64,000 bases of DNA. Origin: Octopus vulgaris (lineage: Eukaryota). This document shows, piece by piece, positions 11,911-25,065 of this stretch. Position numbers and translations under genes: made by a program. The notes beneath the pieces were generated by a model. It was not told the origin of the DNA. It did no database searches and saw nothing but the letters and a program-made list of their open reading frames with translations. Where the stretch lies: the NCBI GenBank assembly GCA_951406725.2, contig OX597836.1, positions 38,688,001 to 38,752,000 on the forward strand. The letters are read 5' to 3'. How positions within the stretch are numbered: the stretch's first letter is position 1; each line of letters opens with the position of its first letter.

Positions 11911-13308
11911 TCCAAAATATAGCTCTCGATACATTATAACTTCCCCAAAAAATAAAGTAATGCATAAAATGACTGGATGGTCACAAGTGGAATGGCTTTA
12001 ATATAAAGCTTTGCTGATTAAGGGTCGACTAGGTTTGTATATCAACAAGTAGTAATAGAGATAGACGCAAAATAGTAGTAACAGATATCGTATACGTTTA
12101 TAACAGTTGCAAAAGACAGCATTAATACAGGTGTGTGCGTGCATGTGTATATAAACATAAATGTGTGTATGTGTGTGTATGTATGTATGTATAAATATAT
12201 GTGTGTGTGCATACATATACTAGCAGAGACAGTTGTAGTAGAAGTAGCAATCACAGAATGTGTTATAAAGTAGCTGATGACACAGTGGTGATCGCGACAG
12301 AGACTGCAAAGTAAAACATACAGCAATGAATTTACAACTGTGAAATGACAGTGTACAGAGGTAGATTACATTAGAGAGATGAAAGGGAAATATTAAAATA
12401 GCTTCTGGAGAGACCATGTATGTATGTACGTATATATATATTTCTTTATTGCCCACAAGGGGCTAAACATAGAGGGGACAAACAAGGACAGACAAAGGGA
12501 TTAAGTCGAATACATCGACCCCAGTGTAGAACTGGTACTTTATTTATCAACCTCGAATGGATGAAAGGCAAAGTCGACCTCGGCGGAATTTGAACTCAGA
12601 ACGTAACGACAGACGAAATACCTATTTCTTTATTACCCACAAGGGGCTAAACACAGAGGGGACAAACAAGGACAGACATAGGTATTAAGTCGATTACATC
12701 GACCCCAGTGCGTAACTGGTACTTAATTTATCGACCCCGAAAGGATGAAAGGCAAAGTCGACCTCGGCGGAATTTGAACTCAGAACGTAACGACAGACAA
12801 AATACCAATAAGCATTTCGCCCAGCGTTCTAATGTTTCTGCCAGCTGAGTGGATGGAGCAACTTTGGTACTTATGGGGTGTCAGCTTTTGCCGAATGACC
12901 TGCACAAATGATTTTTGTTTATAGTGATCAAATGTTTCTGCCACGCATTAGCTCACTCCCAGCACCAAATTGATGTTGTCTGAACAGGTGCACTGTGTAC
13001 CACACGTCAGGTATTGAGGTGAGCGGAGAGCAACAGGAGATGAAATGTTTTGCTCAAGAACACAACGCACCACCCGGTCTGTCTAGGAATTGAAATCATA
13101 ATCATCAGATTGTGAGTGTAACACCTTAACCACTAAGCCCTGTACCCTCACACACACACACAAATATATATATATATATATATATATACGGTAATCCCTC
13201 AACTATTGAGGGTGTTGCATTCCAAAACCTCCCACAGAAATAATTAAAATCTAGATAAATATAAATGCCTATCAGCCACAGAAACCCGGATATACTGAGG
13301 AGTAAGAG

Positions 13309-13370
<62 letters not shown>

Positions 13371-13433
13371 ATATTTCGGAATGGTCATATTGCCAGTTTA
13401 GCCAATAAAATCTTGCACAACAAATATTTAAAC

Positions 13434-13502
<69 letters not shown>

Positions 13503-13783
13503 CGTATATATATAGACATACACGCATCTGCTATTTCCACATATACACACATGTCCAGACACATACACACACAAATATATATGCCCACATACATACAGTT
13601 ATATATATATATATATATATACAATTTGAAAACTCCACTAGAATGGACGAAAGCACTAATATATGATATATGATGTATAAAAACATGTAACATATAAATA
13701 AATATCAGTAAATATAAAACCATCCGAATTTCTGAGTACCTCATTTCATCTAATATAAAATACCTGTACATCATCTCCAAACC

Positions 13784-13831
<48 letters not shown>

Positions 13832-14569
13832 CACACCCAACACACATATGCCCATATATGTACATACACGCACATGCACAAGAAACTCCTGCGTTACATG
13901 AATAATTCACTCCTGTAAAACTTGCTGAAACGCAAAATTAATTTCCCCATTGATCTTGTTATAAAATGATAATGCATTCCAACAGATATTTTCAAAAAAG
14001 AAAAACAGTAAAGAAAAAAAAAAAAGAAAAGCTACACAACTACCTTTTGAGCATGAAAATAACAATTTCTAAACATACATAGTAAAATATGTATAAAGAT
14101 GAAAACATTTGCAGTGAAATATATTAGGGAATTATAAGAATTGTAATATCTTAGGGTATGAATTTCCCATAGAAAAAATGTCAACAACTGTCTGAGGAGT
14201 GGGATAAAAGTTATCAGGAGGATGTGAGACACTATCCTCCATCTAATATCTCTTCATAAGGTGGCGAGCTGGCAGAAATGTTAGCATGCTGGGCAAAATG
14301 TTGGTGTATTTGTGTTCCCATAACTTAGTTGTTTGGCAAAAGAGACCAATAGAATAAATACCATGCTTACGAAGACTAAGTCCTGGGATCAATTTGTTCG
14401 ACTAAAGGTGGTGCTAAAGGATATGAGACACACACACACACAATATGCACACACATACATTATACATACACAGATGTGCATGACAGGCTTATTGCTTGCT
14501 TTTTTGCTGACCAAATGTCACATGTGCATTATTGTGCTACCCGAGGGTGTAGCAGAAGACGCATACCTG

Positions 14570-15360
14570 AATAAAAGAATAAAAGTTGTAGGAATTTCCA
14601 TATTCTCATCACTATTCACAGCTTCTTTCTGTTCGAACAACATCAGCTTCTCATTGAATAAACTTTCTCTGTGCAACACTAGCAACTCAACCACATCATC
14701 CTCTATAATTTCTTCAAACCCAACATCATTCACAAGTGTCACAATATCCTAAATTTGATGTAAACTTTCTACTTGTGGAAAACTTGTAAAGTCACTACTA
14801 ATGTCTACTAATGCCGGTGGCATGTGTAAAAAGATTCAAACGAGGTCATTGCCAATACCGCCTGACTGGCCCCCATGCCGGTGGCACGTAAAAAGCACCC
14901 ACTACACTCTCAGAGTGGTTGGCGTTAGGAAGGGCATCCAGCTGTAGAAACTCTGCCAGATCAGACTGGAGCCTGGTGCAGCCATTTGGTTTGCCAGCCC
15001 TCAGTCAAATTCATCCAACCCATGCTAGCATGGAAAGTGGACGTTAAACGATGATGACAGTTGGTTCATATTCATTTTCAATCCATGCACCCTAGAGCCT
15101 TCCCATTTTAAGCATTACATTAAATCTATGGAAAAATAAGGCCTGAGCAATTAAACAGAATAACCTCCTGAGCACTTAATTTTCTCTCTCTAGTCACATA
15201 ATATTCCCAACTATAGAGGTTTTAAGCTTTGATATTTAGCAAAGCGGTTGGTGTCTTCTATTGCATCAAGCCTTTTTAAAACATCAAGTTTAATATCCAG
15301 TGTTTTCCTTTTATAATATGCTATTCTGATCCACTTGATAGCTTCTTTCTAGGCATTCTG
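14570..15360 (-). pseudogene. Tigger/pogo-like transposase remnants, interrupted by a family D insertion
   Basis: C-terminal GFEEIIEDDVVELLVLHRESLFNEKLMLFEQKE and decayed N-terminal MPRKKLSS...KTLDIKLDV; stops and frameshifts; Tigger-type TIR-like sequence at ~13189. Confidence 0.65.
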
Positions 15361-16034
15361 AATTTTAGGTAAATTCAGCAGTGCTGGTGATCAACAAATT
15401 CATAACAAATATGCAGGAAAAACAACAAAATATAGCATCAGGAAAGAACTGCCCTCTGAGAGTAAAAAAATGTTTTATTCTAATGGGTGTAAAAATGGAA
15501 ATAAGAAAATGAAATGCTGAAGGAGTGAGGTGAAAGGAACTCCTGTATTACTACACTTAGTTGAAGAAGTACCAGGCTGCTCGGCACTTTGACCCTTGCA
15601 CTTCTGACTTAAGCCTTAAAACTACACACTCTACTGACACACATATTGGCATACAGCATATGTAGCTACAGACATAGTTATCATACTGATACAATTATTA
15701 TTGCTAGTTGGTTATTCAAAAATTGTTAGGTTGGTAGTGGTGGTGGTGTTGGTCATGATGGTGCTGGTGGGGCTATTGTTCATGGTAGAGTAATCAAATT
15801 GTTCTTGTTAGTTGTTGCAGTTTAGTTTCAATCCTAAGATCAAAGACATTTCATTCAACATCTAAAATACCATACAATAAAGCACCACATTATCTTACAT
15901 AATTGCTTTTTTTTGTCTTTTATTTTAGATGGAATCACTTATCTTGAAAATAATATTGTTGTTGTTACTGTTGCTGGCCAGTAATGAGTAGCTTTATTGA
16001 TAATGGCAGTGACTGTATTGTTTTTGCTGTTGAT

Positions 16035-16404
16035 GCTTGTTTGTTGAGCGTAGAGGTCTTCGTCCCATTATTGGGAGAAGTCCGAAACATGGTCCTTTGC
16101 TATTTGTAAGACCCACAGAAGAGAAATCAGGTCAGCCCCCAACACCGAGAGCATCGACGGATGGATGAATGCGCATCCAGGCTCAGCTGTTGCGTAGGAA
16201 GTCGGGGACAAGAAACAGAAAGAAAGAATGAAAGAAAGTTGGAGCAAAAGAGTACAACAGGGGTCGCCACCACCCCCTGCTGGAGCCTTGTGGAGCTTTA
16301 TGTGTTTTCGCTCAATAAATACACACAATGCCCGGTCTGGGAATTGAAACTACAATCCTCCAACTGCGAGTCTGCTGCCCTAACCATTGGGCCATTGCGC
16401 CTCC
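16035..16404 (-). mobile_element. SINE family C, tail type 1
   Basis: Reverse-complement match to 1605-1980. Confidence 0.85.
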
Positions 16405-17037
16405 ACTGCTGTTGATGCTGGTTGAGTTGGTGTTGATAGATAGTGGTGGTAAAGATTGATTCAGAGAGATAGATTGATAGATAGGTATACAGATACACAT
16501 TGTGACCCAAGAAAATATATGTACACATACACAAATATTCAAAGTACACACATCATACGTATACAAGGGTGGGCAAACGAAAATATACAGTTGCTTGTGG
16601 CTCAAGCAACACTCAAAGTTCCCAGAAATCAAAAGGAAAAAGGGTTTTCCAATGAACTGGGCATCTCCTGCAGATCCCTTATCCAACTTATGCTTCACTT
16701 AAGTAAAAAAGAAATAAAGAAATGAAAAGAACATTCCCCTCATATTAAGCAATTGCTTGCTTACTTTTGCCCACTCCTCTGTGTGTGTGTGTGTGTGTTT
16801 ATCAGCATTATAGTTTTACAAATTGTTAACTACTTTGATCTTGGCTAAAACACTGGGAAACAGCCTTTGGCATAGAAAAATATGTAGTTTTTAAATTCTC
16901 AAAACTTATCCAAGTTTTGGTAAGAGCAAAATTTCAGATTGTACTCCCAAATTAGTGGTCATACTTTTACACAATACCCATAAGTGTAAAATGATATAAC
17001 CTGAGGTAACTATAATAAAGAGATGCCTATATCTATT

Positions 17038-17077
<40 letters not shown>

Positions 17078-18881
17078 AGAGTAAGCACACAAATGTGAAA
17101 CAAGGTGGGGGGAAAAAAGAGTACTCAAATACCAGAGGTAGAGTAATATGCTTTATTAAAAGCAGCAAGAATATCACAAAAACTGTTTTGTGATATTTTT
17201 GCTGCTGCTTTTAATAAATATAATATATATATATAAAGTTTCTATTCATAAACTATATGCTTTTATATACACCTATTATTTTAAGGAAATTTTTTCCCCA
17301 AAAATACTCGGTGTTAAACCAGTATTTCCTTGAATGAAACCATCCCTTCATGAGGGTAACACAACCTCTAATTAAATTTATATATACATATATTATTTGA
17401 CTTGTTTTAGTCATTAGACTGTGGCCATACTGGGGCACCGCTTTAAAGAATTTTAGTTGAATGAATCAACTTCAATACTTACATTTTAAGCCTGGTACTT
17501 ATTCTATCGTTCTCTAACTGCTAAGTTACGGGGACATAAACATACCTACACAGGTCATCAAGTAGTGCTGAGGGACAAACACACACAGACACACACACAC
17601 ACGCATCTGATGGGATTCTTCAATTTTCTGTCTACTAACTCGGTACTGAGGGACAAACACATACATACACACACATGCGCGCATGCATCTGATAGGATTC
17701 TTTTAGTTTCTGTCTACTAAATCCACTCACAAGGCTTTGGTTGGCCCAAAGCTATAATAGAAGACACTTGACCAAGGTGCCATGCAAGGGGATTGAACCC
17801 TGAACCATGTAGTTTGGAAGCAAAACTTCTTACCACATAGCCATGCCTGCACCTATAAATAAAAGACATATATGTATAGAAAAAAAAGTGAGAGAGGGAG
17901 CAAGTGAAAGAGAAAGCGAACAGTGTCAGTTTTTCTTTCAAACATGTTATATTGGAAACATAATTGAGTTTTCTGAAAATTTTAATATTTTTTAGTCTTT
18001 GCGCTTAATTCCTGGTAAATTTCATAATTTATTTCTTATGTGCAGAATTTTAGTTTGTATTTTATTATTTTACTTCTACTTTTTTTTTTTACTTGTTTCA
18101 GTCATGTGACTGTGGCCATGTTGGAGCACCGCCTTTAGTCGAGCAAATCGACCCCAGGACTTATTCTTTGTAAGCCTAGTACTTATTCTATTGGTCTCTT
18201 TTGCCGAACCGCTAAGTTACGGGGACGTAAACACACCAGCATCGGTTGTCAAGCGATGTTGGAGAGACAAACACAGACACTCAAACATATACACACACAC
18301 ATATATATATATATAAACATATATACGACGGGCTTCTTTCAGTTTCCGTCTACCAAATCCACTCACAAGGCATTGGTCGGCCTGGGGCTATAGTAGAAGC
18401 CACTTGCCCGAGGTGCAATGCAGTGGGACTGAACCCGGAACCATGTGGTTGGTAAACAAGCTACTTACCACACAGCCACTCATACGCCTATAATAAAGCT
18501 TATTAATAAAGCTTCCATAACTAATTGAGCATTATGCAGAATTCCATAAAGGTTGCAAATGAAAATGGAATGCATTGAGAAGTAATACTGATCTTTAGAT
18601 TACAGTGACATCTATGTTCATGTCAGAGTGAATATCTGCAGTTACCTTCTCAAAAGATAGTACTGTTGCTACATACCAGTCGTTGTTTAGTAACTATGGC
18701 TTAAAAAAAAAAACTGCCAAGTTAATCCTTCATCTTTTACTTGTTTCCATTATTGGACTGTGGCCACTCTGTAGCATCATCTTGAAGGGTTTTAGTCGAA
18801 GCATTTTAGTTCTGAGGTTTATTTTCTTTTCTTTGTCTATTTTTGTGTTCTGTATTATAAGGTGTTGTAATAGCTCTTTAA

Positions 18882-19101
18882 CCCTTTCATTACCAACCCG
18901 GCTGAAACCGGCTCTGGCTCTGAGTACAAATGTCTTGTTTTCATAAGTTTTGAATTAAAATCTTCCATCAAACCTTAGTCACAATTTATGCTCCTAACAC
19001 TAGCTGAATGATAACGAAGTTATTTTACTACATTCTTTGTTATATTTAAAGTAATTGAAAGAAATACAGAGCATCTCAACAGAAATACAGTAATGAATGG
19101 G
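18882..19101. mobile_element. piggyBac-like MITE (220 bp)
   Basis: TTAA at 18878-18881 and 19102-19105; TIR CCCTTTCATTAC / CCCATTCATTAC; relative at 9687-10262 carries a SINE A insertion. Confidence 0.85.
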
Positions 19102-21139
19102 TTAAATATATGGTTACATACATGGATTCCTGAATAAACACATAAATACTCTTTTAGCTCTTTTAAATCCATTCTTAACTGTGACTTAAGATTATATAGG
19201 TGCAGTCATAGTCGTGTGGTTAAGAAGCTTTCTTTGCAGTCATGTGGTTTCAAGTTCAATCTCACTTTACAGCTTCTTGGGCTAGCATCTCCTACTATAG
19301 ATGTGTGCCAACACCTTGTGGGTGAATATGGTAGATGGAAACTGTATAGAAGTCCATCACATGTGTGTGTGTGAGTGTATTACATAAGTCTGTGTGTGTC
19401 TTTGTGTCTTTCTACCACCATCACTGCTTGACAACCAGCATTGGCTTGTGTACATCCTCATAACTTAGCAGCTTGGCAAAAGAGACTGACAGAAATGGCA
19501 TCGCACTTACAAAAAAAAAATAAATAGATAAAATAAACCTCAATAGTGGAGTTGATTTGATCAACTAAAACCCTTCAAGATGATGCCCCATTATGGCCAT
19601 AGTCGAATGATTGAAACATGTAAAAGATAAAAGATTAAGTTTATTTTTAATCCATAGTTACTAATCAACAACTGGTATGTAGCAGCACTACTATTTTTTG
19701 AGAAGGCGACTGCGGAAATTCACTCTAACATAGATGTCACTGTAATCTAAAGATCAGTGTTACTTCTCAATGCATTCCATATTCAATTATAATTTATGAC
19801 AATTCTCCCCCCACCCCATTTCAAATTACTGTGATTAGTCATTTAGATACTGACTGCTCCTGACACCGAAGCCATAATTAATATTAATGAAAATTTCTTG
19901 GGTCCTACATCAAATATTGTTAATACACACTTCACTAATGTTCCAAGAAGCTGACATCCCTTATAATAAGCAGAAGACCAAGATACGTTCCAAACACCAA
20001 CTCAATATGAATTATTCTCTTGAATTCTTCAAAATTAATTGAAACACACAGTATTTAATTAGAAATATGATCACAAAACTAATTAAGATTGTAGTGTCAA
20101 ACCATCAGTATGGCAGTACAGAACCTTACAACACAATATAGTTTTAATCAAAATGAACTATAACACCTTGAACACACAAATATGTTTTGGCAGATATAAT
20201 TTCATTGGATGATAACCCTTCAAGATACAAAAGTTGGCAGGAACGTGATTGTATTTTTGGTTAAAAAAAACATGATTTTTGTCCTTGGGTAGCAACTGTC
20301 ATTTTCTATTTGCTTACCCCTAGAAAGTATGAAAAAATGTTAATATTTAATTCAAACTTTGCTTTTGTTACATTTATCCCCAAAGAATCCCTCTCAACAC
20401 ATGGCTATGATGCTCCCCAACTACTCCTGCTCATGATCAGAGTTGCACATTTTGTTAACCACTAAAAGACATGCTCGTGTGGTTAAGTGGTCAAGCAACT
20501 GACAAGCAAATCGGTGGTATTGAGCAGAATATTTGTTATAATGATATTTCTGCTTCAGCAACTCAGCACTGAATCCATCTGAGATGTAATGGAAAATAGG
20601 TCAGTTTTAAGGTATTGATGTCCAGGTCACAAAAGCAAAATTTGAAGGGAATAGTAGTCATTTCTTTTGATTTGCAGACAGAAGCAAATAGGAAATAACA
20701 CTTACTGACCAAAGACAAAACAAAATTTTAATTTTGTTGTGGCTGATTGGTAAGAAGTTTGCTTCACAACCTCATGGTTCAGTCCCACTGTGTGGCACCT
20801 TGGACAAATGTCTTCTACTAAGGTCTTGGGCCAACCAAAGCCTTGTGAGTGGATTTGTTCAACAGCAACTGAAAGAAGCTTATTGTGTATGTATATATAT
20901 CATCATCATCATCATTTAACGTCGGTTTTCCGTACTAGCACAGGTTGGACGGTTCAACTGGGGTCTGGGAAGCCAGGAGGCTGCACCAAGCTCCAGTCTG
21001 ATCTGGCAGTGTTTCTACAGCTGGATGCCCTTCCTAATGCCAACCACTCCGTGAGTGTAGTGGGTGCTTTTTACATGCCACCAGCACAGGTATCACAACT
21101 ACAATTTCCATTTGATATATAGATATATATATATGTGTG

Positions 21140-21251
21140 TGGATGGGTGTGTGTGGATGGGTGTGTGTGGATGGGTGTGTGTGGATGGGTGTGTGTGGAT
21201 GGGTGTGTGTGGATGGGTGTGTGTGGATGGGTGTATGTGGATGGGTGTGTG
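21140..21251 (+). repeat. (GGATGGGTGTGTGT)n 14-bp minisatellite, ~8 copies, in the microsatellite slot of a SINE B
   Basis: Read directly from the sequence. Confidence 0.9.
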
Positions 21252-23350
21252 TGTGTGTGTTTGTATTTGTGCTTTGTTGTCCCCCACCACCACTTGATAA
21301 CCGGTGTTGATGTGTTTATGTCCATATAACTTAGTGGTTCAGCAAAAGAGACTAATAGCATAAATACTGGGCTTAGAAATAAAAAAAAATAAGTACTGAG
21401 GTTGATACATTCGACCAAAATTCCTCAAAGTGGTGCCCCAGCATGGCCACAGTCAAGTGACTAAAACAAGTAAAAACAATAGATGAAAGTATAATGATTG
21501 ATTCTGCCATTTAGCAAGCCATAAACACAAAACCATGTGGCCACTGGTTTTTTTTGCATCTTCCATGGTTATAATCAAATTAAATCTCATCTGCTAAAGC
21601 GTAAGCTTAGGTTAAAAGGTTTCAGAAACTATTTCATTATTTTCTCTGTACTGTGTAGGAAGAGAAAGAGCTAAAATACCATTATGAATTTACATAAAAG
21701 AAATCAAAGTTAACCTCTATTGAATTTTTTCTTTTTTAACAAAATTACCTCATATCTTTTCAAAGAAAATGAAAATAGTTATGATGGAAAAGATATTAAA
21801 TATTCTTTTCTTTTTGACAACAGGTAAGGTCACTATTTTTCAGGAAAGGGCTGAGTTGATAGAACCAATTACAGATTATATTAACTCTTATGGAAACTGA
21901 CAGAAAAAGCTTCAAGGTGGTTGTTCAACCTGTTAAATATCCCTTAAAATACATGTTGCTATCTGAAAAGAAAGACACTTTGGAGTGTATTAACCAAATT
22001 ATATTGTCTGAAATTACATAACAAAAACGAAAAAAAAAATCAGGATGTTCATGCCTGGAATGCTTTTGGTAAGAAGGTCTTCTGCATCAGGAACAAATAA
22101 ATGGGCTCTGTCTATCAAATGCACACACTAGGCTTTAGGTAACTCAAGAGCTGTAGAAGAAGACACTTTCCCTATGTATCACACAGTGACTGAATGCAAG
22201 ATCACATGGAATGGAGAAGCTCTGTCTTTCAGCAATGCAGAGCCAACTGAATCACCACTCCTGAAATAACATGTAATTAACTGAGCATTCCACAGAAACA
22301 TATAACCTTAATATAATTCTCTGGCAGAATCATAATGACACAGTGTGTGACAGGCCAGTTTATTTCCAGTTGCAGATTGATTGCATTAGATAGGCTTCCA
22401 TACAGTTTCTTATTTCTTAATTGCCCACAAGGGGCTAGACATAGAGGGGACAAACAAGGACAGACAAACGGATTAAGTCGATTACATTGACCCCAGTGCA
22501 TAACTGGTACTTAATTTATCGACCCCGAAAGGATGAAAGGCAAAGTCAACCTTGGCGGAATTTGAACTCAGAATGTAACGGCAGACGAAAAATACCGCTA
22601 AGCATTTTCTTAGCTCGCCGCCTTCCATACAGTTTCTTATTTCTTTATTGCCCACAAGGGTCTAAACACAGAGGGGACAAACAAGGACAGAAAAAGGAAT
22701 TAAGTCGATTACATCGACCTCAGTACGAAACTGGTACTTAATTTATCGACCCCGAAAGGATGAAAGGCAAAGTTGACCTCAGTGGAATTTGAACTCAGAA
22801 TGTAGCGGAAGACAAAATACTGCTAAGCATTTCACCCAGTGTGCTAACGTTTCTGCCAGCTCGCCGCCTTGCTTTCCATATAGTTTCTGCCTACCCAATT
22901 TCACTTAGAAGGTATGGATATTGCAAATGATACTAGCCTAAAATGCCTAACAGTGGAATGAAACCTTGGAACCTATAATTGTGAAGCAAACTTAACTATT
23001 CAACCACAGTGCATTTCACACACACAAACACACACTAAAGAAGACCTGCCCTCCACAGCAGAAGTGTTAAGGCTGCCTTCTCTGATGAAGAAGCTTTTAG
23101 GGCATTTCTAGAATGCCCTAGAAGTTCCCTAAAGGGAGTAGATAGTTTCTAATACCAAGAAGACCTAATTAGTGGTGGAAGAGGGTGTTTTGAAAATATA
23201 GTTGTTAGTAAAAAAATAGGAAAGCTATTACTTCTATTGGCAAAAGAAAATATCTCTTTGAGTGAAAGGCAGATTGTATGAAGCTACATAGTAATGAGAA
23301 GTGGGCCCTGAATGGAAAGGACATGTGAAGACTAGAGAGGAGAGAATCTA

Positions 23351-23966
23351 CAGGGTGTCCACAAAGTCTGGGTACATGGAGTAAATAAAATCATAACATA
23401 AACAATTAAATATAAGAAATAATAAATCATAGGCGCAGGAGTGGCTGTGTGGTAAGTAGCTTGCTAACCAACCACATGGTTCTGGGTTCAGTCCCACTGC
23501 GTGGCATCTTGGGCAAGTGTCTTCTGCTATAGCCGACCAATGCCTTGTGAGTGGATTTGGTAGACGGAAACTGAAAGAAGCCTGTCGTATATATGTATGT
23601 ATATATATATATATATATATATGTATGAGTGTGTATGTCTGTGTTTGTCCCCCTAGCATTGTTTGACAACCGATGCTGGTGTATTTACATCCCCATCACT
23701 TAGCGGTTCGGCAAAAGAGACCGATAGAATAAGTACTGGGCTTATAAAGAATAAGTCCCGTGGTCAATTTGCTCGACTAAAGGCGGTGCTCCAGCATGGC
23801 CGCAGTCAAATGACAAACAGGTAAAAGAGTAAAAGAGTATTGTTAATCCCCATGTGGGTACATGGGGTAAATAAAATCATCATAACATAAAGGATTAAAT
23901 ATAAGAAATAATAATTTCTTAAAGTATGTGTTAATCCCCATGTACCCAGACTTTGTGGACATCCTG
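23351..23966. mobile_element. Tc1/mariner-type MITE with a nested SINE B
   Basis: TA duplications at 23349-50 and 23967-68; 29-bp TIR CAGGGTGTCCACAAAGTCTGGGTACATGG with one mismatch. Confidence 0.85.
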
Positions 23967-23969
23967 TAG

Positions 23970-25065
23970 TATGCTCTGTTGGATGTGCAATGTCAGTGTG
24001 CATGTACATCAAAGTACGAATGTACTGAGGAGAAAATTAGGCATAAGAGGAATTGGGTGTGGTGTGCAGGAGAGAGAGGAATGCATTGGTTTGGACATGC
24101 GATACATATGAATGAGGACAGTTGCCATAAAGAACTGCCAATCATTTAAAGTGGATGGAACTTGTTGAAGAAGGAAACTCATTGAAGGATAATCGCAAGA
24201 TGCTGATGCTGTGCCTCACAGAAGTGTTGATGCGGAACCAAGATGACTGATTATTCACTGTGCTTGAGAAGATCCATTCGTCTTGGCAAAGATGATGCAG
24301 TCCTAAAAACATCTTGTCTATGTTTGCACATGCAGGGTACTTTTCCTACACCCACTCTGCACTGTTGAGCATTCTCTTCATCTCATCTCCCTCCTCCAAC
24401 ACCCACCCCTCCATAGTACATATTACTCCCCACCCCTCCATCATTCACTCTGCTTACTAGCTCCTCCTCCACCTCTCAGAACCATTTTCCTCCTTATTCC
24501 TCCCCCTTCCCACTAACCACTTTCTTTCTGTGCCTTCCCCTCCTCTGCCATACTTAATCTTAACAATGCTCTCTCATATCTGCCATCATGATCCATTCAC
24601 GATAGCCCCTCCCCTTTCAGTGTACATCTACACACCTCCCTCCCCACCAGTCCTACATCATGTACCTCACCCCACCACCACCTGCTTCATTCCTGAGTCA
24701 CTTTTATCTCTCCCAACCTACCCTCCTCTCCACACTGGTATTTCCCTGCAGCTTTCATAAATTAGCCTCCTAACACCACCTCCTCCTCCTCTCAACTACC
24801 TCCACCCCCACTCTCTTAGTCAAAAGGGTTTTATCTTTTTCTGTCTTGCAAATTACTTGACAACCTCACTAGTGCAGGTGCCAAGATAAAAAAACACACT
24901 CAGTATACAAATGAAAGAAGTACTGCATTTGAAAGAATATACAGCCACAGTAACTATGCCAGAAGCTTCACACTGGATCTCAATGCAGCCTTGGGTTTCT
25001 TTGGACCCCAACAAACCATTCAACCTATGCCAGCATGGTAAAATGGATGCTAGATAATGATGATA
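23970..25065 (+). pseudogene. Old RTE LINE 3' end (ORF remnant, C-rich tract, family-D-like tail)
   Basis: Translation MLCWMCNVSVHVHQSTNVLRRKLGIRGIGCGVQE...WFGHA.HMNEDSC; the tail resembles family D, which links D to RTE. Confidence 0.7.
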
